From Oscillospiraceae bacterium (lineage in GTDB: Bacteria; Bacillota; Clostridia; Oscillospirales; CAG-272): 64,000 nt of DNA. Each line of letters opens with the position of its first letter. The stretch's first letter is position 1. Location: assembly GCA_015064205.1 (NCBI GenBank), contig SVSR01000003.1, forward strand, positions 33,194-97,193, written 5' to 3'. Positions 1-9,114 of this stretch are shown in pieces. The notes under the pieces were generated by a model, which saw only the letters and a list, made by a program, of their open reading frames with translations, was not told the DNA's origin and ran no database searches. The position numbers and the translations under genes were made by a program.

Positions 1-96
1 GACAGTGCTTCATTTGAGCCGCCGTAGCTAATGCTATACGTTATTCTTTTTAACTTATAACATTTAACTTTTATTTTACGGAGGATCATATATAAT

Positions 97-1401
97 ATGG
101 ACGGCGACAGTAGTATATTGTCGATAATAATTTTAATTATACTTATAATTTTTTCGGCATTTTTCTCAGCAACAGAAACAGCGTTTTTATCTTTCAATAA
201 AGTAAAGATGAAAACAGCCGCACAGGACGGCAATAAAAAAGCGCAGAAAATACTTGACCTTTTTGAAAAGTACGATAAGCTGATATCAACCGTGCTTATC
301 GGCAACAATATAGTTAACATAGCAGCTTCATCTATCGCAACCGTACTGTTCGTTCAGACTCTTGAAATTAAAAACGGAGCAACCTGGGCAACAGTTGTGA
401 TGACAGTTGTAGTGCTTATCTGCGGTGAAATTACTCCTAAGCGCATAGCAAAGGAAATTCCCGATAAGATAACGATGCTGACATACCCCTTTATTAAGTT
501 TTTAACAGTAGTCTTCACCCCCCTCTCGTTTCTTCTCAACCTTTGGCAGAAGCTTGTTACAAAGCTATTCAAGTTTAAGGAAGAATCTGGCATGACAGAA
601 GACGAGCTTATAACAATAGTTGACGAGGCTCAACAAGAAGGCGGTATAGATGAAGATGAAGGTGAGCTTATCCGCTCTGCGATTGAATTCAATGACGTTG
701 AAGTGCGCGATATAATAACCCCCCGTGTTGACGTATCAGCAGTACCTGCAGATGCAACGATAGACGAGGTAGCCACGGTATTCTACGAAACAGGATATTC
801 GCGTTTACCTGTATACAACAGCACTATTGACGATATAATAGGTATTCTTCACGAAAAGGACTTCTATTATATACGTCATAAGGGTATAAAAGACTTCCAT
901 TCTGCTATAGGTAAAGCAGTTTATGTATCTGAACATGTTCAGATATCCGATCTGCTAAAAAAATTCCAGCTTGAAAAAGCTCATATGGCGATCGTTCTTG
1001 ACGATTTCGGCGGAACGCTCGGTATATGCACTCTTGAAGATATCCTCGAAGAACTTGTTGGCGACATTTGGGATGAACACGACGAGATTGTTGAGCAATT
1101 CAAGAAGTGCGAAGACGGTAGCGTTACAGTCGACGCTTCAACAAGAGCTCTTGATATGTTTGAATACTTTGATATAAAGCCTCTTGATGAGAATGACCTT
1201 CCCCAGACTGTCAACGGATGGGTGCTTAAAGAATTCGGGCATCTTCCCGAGCCGGGTGAGAGCTTTGATTACAAAAACATGCACGTTGAAGTACTGAAAT
1301 CGGACGAAAAGATTGTTGAAGAGGTTCGCATCACCGTTGAAAACGAAGACGATGATAGTGATGATAACAAAAAATCGGCTGATGAAAAAAGTTCTGACTG
1401 A
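97..1401 (+). CDS. CNNM / HlyC-CorC family transporter (DUF21 membrane domain, CBS pair, CorC_HlyC domain)
   Basis: 434-aa ORF. Hydrophobic N-terminus with FFSATETAF and VLIGNNIVNI motifs typical of DUF21, then a CBS-like middle, a CorC/HlyC-like C-terminus and an acidic tail. GGAGGA RBS upstream. Confidence 0.85.
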   Translation: MDGDSSILSIIILIILIIFSAFFSATETAFLSFNKVKMKTAAQDGNKKAQKILDLFEKYDKLISTVLIGNNIVNIAASSIATVLFVQTLEIKNGATWATVVMTVVVLICGEITPKRIAKEIPDKITMLTYPFIKFLTVVFTPLSFLLNLWQKLVTKLFKFKEESGMTEDELITIVDEAQQEGGIDEDEGELIRSAIEFNDVEVRDIITPRVDVSAVPADATIDEVATVFYETGYSRLPVYNSTIDDIIGILHEKDFYYIRHKGIKDFHSAIGKAVYVSEHVQISDLLKKFQLEKAHMAIVLDDFGGTLGICTLEDILEELVGDIWDEHDEIVEQFKKCEDGSVTVDASTRALDMFEYFDIKPLDENDLPQTVNGWVLKEFGHLPEPGESFDYKNMHVEVLKSDEKIVEEVRITVENEDDDSDDNKKSADEKSSD

Positions 1402-1411
1402 TAATATAAAT

Positions 1412-1445
1412 AAAGATGACTGCGGTTTGCAGTCATCTTTTTTAT
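1412..1445 (+). terminator. Rho-independent terminator
   Basis: Hairpin AAAGATGACTGC-loop-GCAGTCATCTTT followed by a T run, 10 nt after the stop codon. Confidence 0.8.
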
Positions 1446-1562
1446 ATCTAAAAGTAAAAATAATTTACATTTTGATCTATATTTTGGTAAAAAGCCTTGA
1501 TAATTGAACATGTGTGTGATAAAATATATAGTAAATATAATAATGTATCAAAGGAGCTTTAT

Positions 1563-2459
1563 ATGAGTAAATCATTTGGTCCTATTTTCAGAAAATCTGT
1601 CGGCGGATATAATAAAAGCGACGTTAATACATACATAGAAGATATCAGTATCCGTCACAAGAGCCGTGAGGAAGAACTTGAATCAATAATATCAAAGCTT
1701 GAAAAGAAACTTGAAGAAACAGAAGGGCTTTTGAAGGAAGCGCAAAGCCGTGATTTTTCAGAAGAAGCTGAAGTTTATACCAAACAAATAGAAGAGCTTG
1801 AAACCAAAGTTGTGGACGGTACTAATATAATAGCCGCAAAAAATGAGTATATTGAAAAGCTTGAAGCAGAGAATAGCGTAAAAGATACGAAGATCTTTGA
1901 TATGGAAAGCCGTCTGAAAGAACTTGAAGAAAATTCAGCGTCAGCAAACGAACTTCTTGAAAAAGCAAAACAGTATGATCTTCTCAGCAGAAGACTCGGC
2001 GATCTTATGCTTAAAGCAGGCGATACTGCAGAAAAAATAGTCTCGGATGCAAATCAAAAGGCTTTTGTCCTTATCTCAGAGGCTGAAAGCAAGCGTGCTC
2101 ACTGCCTTGAAGTTTTAAAAAATTACACAGAAAAATACTGTGATAAGTTAAGCGAGGTAACCGTTGCCACCGCACAGGAACGCCTCGATAGGATTAACAG
2201 CGAAATGGCACAGTTTGAGGCTTCTCTTTCACGCTCCGTAATGGACGCTCGCCGTCAGAGCGGCTCTATGAAAGAATATATCGATACTCTTCGTAAAAAT
2301 CTCGACACAAGCCTTGATAATATCCTGAGTGAAACTCAAAATGAAAATCCGGGTAAAAATGACGAATCAGTAATTGCTATGGACAAAATACTTGATAATT
2401 CAGTAAACGATATTCTTTCGCAGATCAGGCAGGAACTTGACGGCGGCAGATCCGTTTAA
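1563..2459 (+). CDS. DivIVA-domain coiled-coil protein
   Basis: N-terminus FRKSVGGYNKSDVNTYIEDI matches the DivIVA N-terminal motif. The rest is Glu/Lys/Leu-rich coiled coil. I chose the ATG at 1563 (AAAGGAG RBS) over the ORF-track start at 1497. Confidence 0.6.
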   Translation: MSKSFGPIFRKSVGGYNKSDVNTYIEDISIRHKSREEELESIISKLEKKLEETEGLLKEAQSRDFSEEAEVYTKQIEELETKVVDGTNIIAAKNEYIEKLEAENSVKDTKIFDMESRLKELEENSASANELLEKAKQYDLLSRRLGDLMLKAGDTAEKIVSDANQKAFVLISEAESKRAHCLEVLKNYTEKYCDKLSEVTVATAQERLDRINSEMAQFEASLSRSVMDARRQSGSMKEYIDTLRKNLDTSLDNILSETQNENPGKNDESVIAMDKILDNSVNDILSQIRQELDGGRSV

Positions 2460-2615
2460 TGCTTATCAGAATTTATAAACGGCAAAGATATAATCAAAAA
2501 AAGAAAAAGCACAGTTATTTTAAAATTTATGGCTGTGAATATGTTAAAATCTTCTCTGATTTGCGCTATTAACTCAAACGGCACAAATTTGCACGAAGGA
2601 CAGGACAGGGGTTAA

Positions 2616-3563
2616 ATGATCAAATATAACGGTTCACAAAATACCGCAACCGAAATAACAGATAAATTGGAAGGCATTGGCAAACGGATAAAGCTTATAC
2701 GCAAACGTCGGAAAATGACGCAAAGTGAGCTTGCCGGCAAAGAGATAACGCGAAACATGTTAAGTCGGATCGAAAACGGATATGCGCTTCCTTCTCTTCC
2801 TACTCTCATCCATATTTCAGACAAGCTTGGTGTTCCGGTGTCGGCATTACTTGACGACTGTTTTCTCGACGATCATAACAGATCTAAAGCCATAAGAAAC
2901 GCCCGTGAATATATGAAACAAGGCAGATATGATGCCGCTCTGAAAATCATCACCAATCCCGACATAATAAGCGATGATGAAACTGCGCTTATTATCACAG
3001 AATGTAAGTTAGCTCTGTCAAGAGAAAACATTGGTATGCGAAAGTATTTTGATGCATACGAAAATCTTAAAGCGGCAGAAAATAAATCTCACGATACAAT
3101 ATATTCGTCAGCAGGCAGTGCATATATTGCCAGCTTATACAAAGCTCTTGCAAAAGCTATGTTGCCAGTCTCTGACAATAACATTTCCTGCTCCCCGCCC
3201 GAATTTGATAATTATATTGATCTTTATATTTATCTCAGGCTTATAGATCTGTTTGACAAAGGCAATATTGTAAAAGCCGTAAATCTCGCAAGTCTTTGTG
3301 AGATCAGCGACAGATTACTGTCAGCACATATTGCCGCTAAGCTTGACATGGCTAACGGAAGATACAGAGAAGCTGAAGCTAAGTTAAAACAGATAACAGA
3401 ATCCGAAAAAAACTCCCCCACAGCGCTTGGCGGACTTATGCTCTACCGTATATATTGGGAACTCGAGCAGTGTGCAAAAGGTGAAAACGATTACGTTCTT
3501 GCCTATACGTACAGAGAAGAAAAATTAAAGCTTTATTCTCTAATGTCGGGAATAAAGCTTTGA
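2616..3563 (+). CDS. XRE-family HTH regulator with a TPR-like helical-repeat C-terminal domain (RRNPP-like architecture)
   Basis: HTH_3 segment MTQSELAGKEITRNMLSRIENGYALPSLPTLIHISDKLGV, followed by about 230 aa of helical repeats (QGRYDAALKI, NGRYREAEAKL). Confidence 0.7.
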   Translation: MIKYNGSQNTATEITDKLEGIGKRIKLIRKRRKMTQSELAGKEITRNMLSRIENGYALPSLPTLIHISDKLGVPVSALLDDCFLDDHNRSKAIRNAREYMKQGRYDAALKIITNPDIISDDETALIITECKLALSRENIGMRKYFDAYENLKAAENKSHDTIYSSAGSAYIASLYKALAKAMLPVSDNNISCSPPEFDNYIDLYIYLRLIDLFDKGNIVKAVNLASLCEISDRLLSAHIAAKLDMANGRYREAEAKLKQITESEKNSPTALGGLMLYRIYWELEQCAKGENDYVLAYTYREEKLKLYSLMSGIKL

Positions 3564-3587
3564 TAGATACTTAGAAAGGTATAATTT

Positions 3588-4070
3588 ATGAATATAAGAA
3601 TAGGTCACGGATATGATCTTCACAAGCTTGTGAAAAAACGTGCTCTGATCATAGGCGGTGTGAATATACCGTATGAGCTTGGACTTTTGGGTCACTCTGA
3701 CGCGGACGTACTTTACCATGCGGTTATGGATGCTATACTCGGTGCACTTGCACTTGGCGATATAGGAAAGCATTTCCCCGATAATGACTCTGCTTTTAAG
3801 GATATCGACAGTGCCTTTCTCTGCAAACAGGTATGTAATTTGATGCATGAAAAAAGCATGCGGATCGGAAACATTGACGTTACCATTATAGCACAGTGCC
3901 CAAAACTCTCGCCGTATATAGCGAACATGCGCGAAAACCTTGCCCATGTATTTGACTGTAACACGGATCAGATCAACGTGAAAGCAACCACCGAAGAAGG
4001 GCTCGGTGCCACGGGCGAAGGTCTCGCGATTTCGGCGCACGCCGTTGTGCTTTTATACGGCGCCGATTAA
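3588..4070 (+). CDS. ispF: 2-C-methyl-D-erythritol 2,4-cyclodiphosphate synthase
   Basis: 160 aa. IGHGYDLH...[19 protein letters not shown]...GDIGKHFPD motifs are diagnostic of IspF. Confidence 0.95.
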   Translation: MNIRIGHGYDLHKLVKKRALIIGGVNIPYELGLLGHSDADVLYHAVMDAILGALALGDIGKHFPDNDSAFKDIDSAFLCKQVCNLMHEKSMRIGNIDVTIIAQCPKLSPYIANMRENLAHVFDCNTDQINVKATTEEGLGATGEGLAISAHAVVLLYGAD

Positions 4071-4337
4071 AATACATCTATGTGAAGCGTATCTGCAACG
4101 GCTTATGCATATAATATCCTTCGTTTTGAACTTAATTGCCGCAGCATTATACGCGCGCTTTCACATTATTATTGTATGAACATTTGATTTGCTTGGCACG
4201 GACAATACTATTAACCAAAAAGAGAAAATTTATGAAATGTTCGTTTTTAATTCTGCTTTTGGCAAAATGCAAATCCATTTATCAAACATTTCTTTAATAA
4301 TTAAAATAAATTTATATTACAAAAGGAGTTATTATTT

Positions 4338-4994
4338 ATGATAAAAGTATCACCTTCAATTCTAGCTAGCGATTTTTCAAAGCTTGGTGATGAAATCGTA
4401 TCAATAGTAAAAGGCGGTGCGGAATATATACACATAGACGTTATGGACGGTATGTTCGTTCCAAATATGTCTATAGGTCCTTGCATCATAAGTTCGGTAA
4501 GAAAGGTTACAGACGCTGTTTTTGATACGCATCTCATGATTACCGACCCTATAAGATACGTTGAAGATTTTGCGAAAGCAGGCGCAGACATAATCACGTT
4601 TCATTTTGAAAGCTGTACAAATCACAGCGAGGTTATAGACCGCATACATTCTTTTGGCAAAAAGGCAGGTATATCAATTAAACCCGCAACTCCCGCATTT
4701 GTTCTTGAGCCTTTGCTTGAAAAGATAGACTTAATTCTTATAATGACAGTAGAACCCGGATTCGGAGGACAGTCATTTATTCCCGAAACACTTGAGAGCG
4801 TCAAAATCGTTCGTGAAATGATAAAGCGTCTCGGTCTTGATTCGAAGGTGGATATTGAAGTTGACGGCGGTATTACCCCTCAGACTGCAATACTTGCAAA
4901 AAAAGCAGGAGCAAATGTTCTCGTTGCAGGAAGTGCTATATTCAAGGCCGAGGACAGAAAAGCCGCAATCGAAGCAATAAAAAATAATGAGTAA
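4338..4994 (+). CDS. rpe: ribulose-phosphate 3-epimerase
   Basis: 218 aa. SPSILASDF, HIDVMDGMFVPN, MTVEPGFGGQSF and VDGGI motifs. AAAGGAG RBS. Confidence 0.95.
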   Translation: MIKVSPSILASDFSKLGDEIVSIVKGGAEYIHIDVMDGMFVPNMSIGPCIISSVRKVTDAVFDTHLMITDPIRYVEDFAKAGADIITFHFESCTNHSEVIDRIHSFGKKAGISIKPATPAFVLEPLLEKIDLILIMTVEPGFGGQSFIPETLESVKIVREMIKRLGLDSKVDIEVDGGITPQTAILAKKAGANVLVAGSAIFKAEDRKAAIEAIKNNE

Positions 4995-5111
4995 AAATAA
5001 ATATAAATTTTTCAGGCAAATATAATTAACAAATTATTAACATATGTACCTACCACGTTTGATATAATGATATTATGTTATATATTAACAAGTTGAAAGA
5101 GGGTTTAACTT

Positions 5112-6401
5112 ATGAAAGCAAAAACACTCGCATTTTTATCCATTGTATTACTTTTAGTTATGGCATTTTCAGTTGCAATAAGCGCTGATGAAGCTGCAAA
5201 ACAGGATCTGTACGATGCAGCGTATGAAGCATGCCCTGCAAATTACAGAAAGTATTATATGGGAACTGTAGAAAACATGCTTAAGCAGATAAGCGTCTCC
5301 CGTCAGCAGGCAGATGCTGTAATCGCACTTATAGATGAAGGCGTTTTATATTTAAACAGCGTTGGCGACCACGGCCCTTCCCTCAGTGATTACGGTGTTC
5401 AAGGTGTACAAAAAGGTGTTTCCTTATTTGAACAGGCCTGCCAGATTTTGAATATAGGATATACATACACAACGCTCCCGGATAGCGTTGCAGACCATCA
5501 CGGAGACCAGGTGATCACATTTACATATAACGGTAAATATATTGCAGCTATAGACGGAGACGATCTTTCTTCTCCCTCGTCAGGCGGCTCAAGCGGCGGT
5601 GTAACTTACTATTCTGTCAGCTTTGAAACAAACGGCGGCAGCGAGATTTTAAAACAGCGTGTTAAAAGAAACTCTACCTTAAATGCTGTTGATGACCCCG
5701 AAAAAGAAGGCTTCAAGTTTGCCGGTTGGTATATTGACGAAAACTTCAAAACTCCGTTCGATTTTTCAACAAAAATAAAGGAAAATATGATCCTATACGC
5801 TAAGTGGATCGAAGCAACAGACCCTGTTGAACCTGAAGTATGGGTAAATCCGTATGCAGACGTATCCGAAGCAGACTGGTATTATAACGATCTCAAAATT
5901 CTCACAGAGCTTGGTTATATAAACGGTATATCCGCTAATGAGTTTGGCGGCAATCTCCCGCTTACAAGAGGAATGTTCGTTACCATTCTCCACCGTATAG
6001 ACGGCGGTGTGGCTGCAAGCGACTGTAACTTCGAAGACGTGATCGACGGCGCATGGTATGAAGCTGGTGTAAACTGGGCTAGCGAAAACGGAATAGTTAC
6101 CGGATTCAATGATAAAGAATTCAAACCTGATATTTCGATAACACGTGAACAGATGGCAGCAGTTCTCTTCCGCTATGCAAGATACAAGGGCATGGATGCA
6201 GTAACGCTCCAGGAAAGCTTACACTTTATTGACTCTGATCAGATTTCTGAATATGCAGTACCCGCTATGAACTGGGCTACAAGCGTAAGAATCATCAGAG
6301 GACACGGGGACGGAACTGTTACTCCTCTTTCTTACGCAACACGAGCACATGTAACTGCAGTATTCGTAAGACTCCTTGAATTTATGGGAGCTATAAGATA
6401 A
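5112..6401 (+). CDS. secreted SLH-domain cell-wall protein with a Listeria-Bacteroides (Flg_new) repeat
   Basis: Signal peptide and a Ser/Gly linker. YSVSFETNGG...GFKFAGWY repeat, then three SLH-like repeats (FEDV..GAWYEAGVNWA, ITREQMA, AMNWA). Confidence 0.8.
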   Translation: MKAKTLAFLSIVLLLVMAFSVAISADEAAKQDLYDAAYEACPANYRKYYMGTVENMLKQISVSRQQADAVIALIDEGVLYLNSVGDHGPSLSDYGVQGVQKGVSLFEQACQILNIGYTYTTLPDSVADHHGDQVITFTYNGKYIAAIDGDDLSSPSSGGSSGGVTYYSVSFETNGGSEILKQRVKRNSTLNAVDDPEKEGFKFAGWYIDENFKTPFDFSTKIKENMILYAKWIEATDPVEPEVWVNPYADVSEADWYYNDLKILTELGYINGISANEFGGNLPLTRGMFVTILHRIDGGVAASDCNFEDVIDGAWYEAGVNWASENGIVTGFNDKEFKPDISITREQMAAVLFRYARYKGMDAVTLQESLHFIDSDQISEYAVPAMNWATSVRIIRGHGDGTVTPLSYATRAHVTAVFVRLLEFMGAIR

Positions 6402-6410
6402 TTTCAATGT

Positions 6411-6437
6411 ATTACCTGCCCGTTTCGGGCAGGTAAT
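6411..6437 (+). terminator. Rho-independent terminator
   Basis: Perfect hairpin ATTACCTGCCCG-TTTC-GGGCAGGTAAT just after the stop. Confidence 0.75.
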
Positions 6438-6492
6438 ATTACTTATAAACACAATATAATCTAAAATTTACCAACAAAACACTGAGGTAGTT

Positions 6493-7167
6493 ATGAATAA
6501 AATATTCAAGGCACTTCTAATGTTACTTCCTGCAATACTTATTATATCGTTAGTTTTTGTTTTAACGCATAAAGTGTTTACAGATTTCACAAGCAATAAT
6601 GTTTTTGCTTCCGTATTGCTGTCAAGTGATTCGCATGCAAACAATACGTCCGGAGAAAACCAAGAACAAAAAGAGTTTAGTTATGAAATCCCTGCAAGTA
6701 TAGAATACAGTAATCAAACTATAACCACAATAGACTTTGCATCACAGTGGGCAATACTGAACGTTAAAAACTGGAGCGAACGAGATATTCCCGTTTATTT
6801 CGGAGATACTTATGATATACTCACTAAAGGTGCCGGCTCATGGATCGGTTCAAGTTTTTGCGGTCAAGGCAAAAACTGCATTATTTCAGCTAACGTTATG
6901 ACTCACTTTTACGAGCTTGAAGATTGTAACGTCGGCAATCTTGTAACGGTAAACACACTCTACGGGGCGTATGAATATGAAGTCTGTGACAAATATGTAT
7001 TCAGTGAAGACGATATTGATATGCTCTACGAAGAAAATAATGGAGATACGCTCATTTTACATACAAGTTATCCGCGTTCCCTCGGTATATATGACACAAG
7101 CGAACGTATCGCGGTTATCTGCACATTGAAACGCGGTACAATATATAAAAATACTTTTGATAAGTAA
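6493..7167 (+). CDS. membrane-anchored sortase-fold protein with a non-canonical active-site region
   Basis: N-terminal TM anchor. Sortase-like core pattern (IPVYFGD..ILTKGAGSW...GKNCIISAN...GNLVTVNTLYGAYEYEV...GDTLILHTSYP...ERIAVICT). No Cys where TLxTC is expected. Confidence 0.5.
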   Translation: MNKIFKALLMLLPAILIISLVFVLTHKVFTDFTSNNVFASVLLSSDSHANNTSGENQEQKEFSYEIPASIEYSNQTITTIDFASQWAILNVKNWSERDIPVYFGDTYDILTKGAGSWIGSSFCGQGKNCIISANVMTHFYELEDCNVGNLVTVNTLYGAYEYEVCDKYVFSEDDIDMLYEENNGDTLILHTSYPRSLGIYDTSERIAVICTLKRGTIYKNTFDK

Positions 7168-7196
7168 TATATCAACAGGAAGGAGATGAGGTAACC

Positions 7197-8069
7197 GTGA
7201 AAAGAAAAGTTTATTCTCTTATAACAGCTCTTGGTGCGATATTACTTTGCATACTTTTCTGCATCACCCTTGCTTTGTTTATACCCTATTTTACAGTTTA
7301 TTCTGCTGATAATTTCATAGACGGTGTATGCAGAAATATAAATGAAGATAAATTAGAAGAAGAGATTAAAGCACTATTAAGTACAAATATAGAAACCTAT
7401 GCTCATGACGCAAATATAGTTACTGCGGTATTAGATAAACACGAACTCAAACAAACTGCATCAGATTACTTTAAAAAGTACTACAATGCTTTTATCAATG
7501 GTGAAGATACCCTTCCCAAAATAAAATATCGGAACAATAATTTCTATTATGCGATAAAGGAAAACGCTCATTTAAGCCAGCGTCCCGAGTATTTTGAAAT
7601 AGACGAAAATTCTCTTTTACTTGCTACTAAATGTAACAATCTTGTAGAAAATTATATAAACTCACTGTCAATTGATTCAGCTTATTCCCTGCTTACTTCT
7701 TACAGAAGTTCATACTTTAAACTAACAGAAATAGGCGCGTATTTTCAACCTCTTGCAGCATCATCTGCTTTTGTTTTCATAATACTTCTTGTTTTTATAA
7801 TAATACAGAAAAGACGTAAAGCATTATACATACTCACGCTTGCTCTATTTTCGATATCAGCACTCTTTGCAGTACCGTTTATCTACATTGGCGAGGCTGA
7901 TCTTCCCTCAAAGCTCAACATAAGCGCAGGCGCATCATACTCATATATTGATGCAGTATACCGCTTCATATTTACCGACACTTCATACGTATATATTGCA
8001 CTCAGCGCTATACTTCTTATATGTTTCATAGCATCAATAATATGGAATATTAAAGCTAAAACTAAATAA
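7197..8069 (+). CDS. multi-pass membrane protein of unknown function
   Basis: GTG start after a GGAAGGAGA RBS, 29 nt after the preceding gene. One N-terminal TM, a soluble domain of about 150 aa, then 3-4 C-terminal TM segments. Confidence 0.55.
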   Translation: MKRKVYSLITALGAILLCILFCITLALFIPYFTVYSADNFIDGVCRNINEDKLEEEIKALLSTNIETYAHDANIVTAVLDKHELKQTASDYFKKYYNAFINGEDTLPKIKYRNNNFYYAIKENAHLSQRPEYFEIDENSLLLATKCNNLVENYINSLSIDSAYSLLTSYRSSYFKLTEIGAYFQPLAASSAFVFIILLVFIIIQKRRKALYILTLALFSISALFAVPFIYIGEADLPSKLNISAGASYSYIDAVYRFIFTDTSYVYIALSAILLICFIASIIWNIKAKTK

Positions 8070-8070
8070 T

Positions 8071-8099
8071 AAAAAGGGCTCTTTTCTAGAGCCCTTTTT
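8071..8099 (+). terminator. Rho-independent terminator
   Basis: AAAAAGGGCTCT-TTTC-TAGAGCCCTTTTT hairpin with a T run. Confidence 0.8.
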
Positions 8100-8126
8100 A
8101 TTCAAAGAATGTTTCAATTTGTTTTA

Positions 8127-8155
8127 TTGACATTCTTATCAAAATATGGCATAAT
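8127..8155 (+). promoter_or_regulatory. sigma-A type promoter (TTGACA-17-CATAAT)
   Basis: Consensus -35 with 17-nt spacing, about 75 nt upstream of the DegV start. Confidence 0.5.
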
Positions 8156-8228
8156 TATTTATACAAGTGTTCAACCAGACACTAAAGTATAGTTATTCCA
8201 CTCACTATTCAAAGTAACGAGGTACATT

Positions 8229-9056
8229 GTGAATAAAATCAAAATCGTAGTAGACTCTTCTTCCGATCTCACAGAACTTTCAAATGCAGACTTTGCCTCT
8301 GCGCCTTTAAAAATCGTAACGTCAGAAAAGGAATACGTTGACGATAAAAACCTGAATGTTGAACAAATGGTTGAAACTCTGTATACCTATAAGGGTAAGT
8401 CATCAACATCTTGTCCTAATGTAAACGATTGGCTTGATGCCTTCGGCGATGCCGAAGAAGTTTTCTGCATAACCATAACGAGCAGTCTTTCAGGAGGCTA
8501 TAATTCAGCATGCGTTGCAAAAAAGGTATACAGAGAAAAATATCCAGAGCGCCGCGTAAATATAATTGATTCGCTTTCAACAGGCCCTGAGATCGTTCTC
8601 ATGGCAGAAAAAATACGCGACATGATACTTGTCGGCAAAGATTTTGACCAGATTTCAAGCACAATAAAAAGCTATAAAACCGAGCTTCTTTTCGCGCTTA
8701 AATCCATGAAGAATCTTGCAAACAACGGCCGAATAAGCAAACTTAAAGCCGCTGCTGCAGGCATTCTCGGCATACGTGCTATAGGCAAAGCAAGCGAACA
8801 AGGAACACTTGAAATGCTTTCAAAGTGCCGCGGTGAGGCAAAGACTATAAAGGCGCTTGTTAAATACATGATAGAAAACGGATACAAGGGTGGCAAGGCA
8901 AGAATTGACCACTGCCTTAACAGTGAAGCGGCGGCAAAACTTGCCGATAGAATAAAGAGCCGTTTCCCCAATGCAATAATATCGATAGCCGAAACACGCG
9001 GACTGTGCAGTTTTTATGCTGAAAAGGGCGGCCTGTTGCTTGGATATGAAGTTTGA
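8229..9056 (+). CDS. DegV family fatty-acid-binding protein
   Basis: 275 aa. IKIVVDSSSDL N-terminus and ITSSLSGGYNSA motif typical of DegV. GTG start with a GAGGT RBS. Confidence 0.85.
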   Translation: MNKIKIVVDSSSDLTELSNADFASAPLKIVTSEKEYVDDKNLNVEQMVETLYTYKGKSSTSCPNVNDWLDAFGDAEEVFCITITSSLSGGYNSACVAKKVYREKYPERRVNIIDSLSTGPEIVLMAEKIRDMILVGKDFDQISSTIKSYKTELLFALKSMKNLANNGRISKLKAAAAGILGIRAIGKASEQGTLEMLSKCRGEAKTIKALVKYMIENGYKGGKARIDHCLNSEAAAKLADRIKSRFPNAIISIAETRGLCSFYAEKGGLLLGYEV

Positions 9057-9068
9057 TATGATATAAAT

Positions 9069-9101
9069 AAAAAGTACGAGGAAAATTTTCTTCGTACTTT
9101 T
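9069..9101. terminator. bidirectional terminator between convergent genes
   Basis: AAAAGTACGAGG...CTTCGTACTTTT hairpin flanked by an A run and a T run. Confidence 0.7.
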
Positions 9102-9114
9102 ATTTATTTAGTTT

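Noticed and set aside
2529-2615. A 28-aa ORF ending TAA directly before the ATG of the HTH-TPR regulator, considered as a possible quorum pro-peptide.
   Set aside because: It has no Shine-Dalgarno sequence. It overlaps the likely promoter (TGTTAAAAT). The peptide (MAVNMLKSSLICAINSNGTNLHEGQDRG) has no signal-like or hydrophobic features.
4194-4210. TGGCACGGACAATACT, which resembles a sigma-54 -24 element upstream of rpe.
   Set aside because: The -12 element lacks the conserved GC (TTGC). No enhancer-binding protein gene is nearby.
4231-4290. A 19-aa hydrophobic mini-ORF (MKCSFLILLLAKCKSIYQTFL) in the ispF-rpe spacer.
   Set aside because: It has only a weak purine-rich stretch as an RBS, and it lies in AT-rich sequence where such ORFs arise by chance. 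Nothing else supports it.
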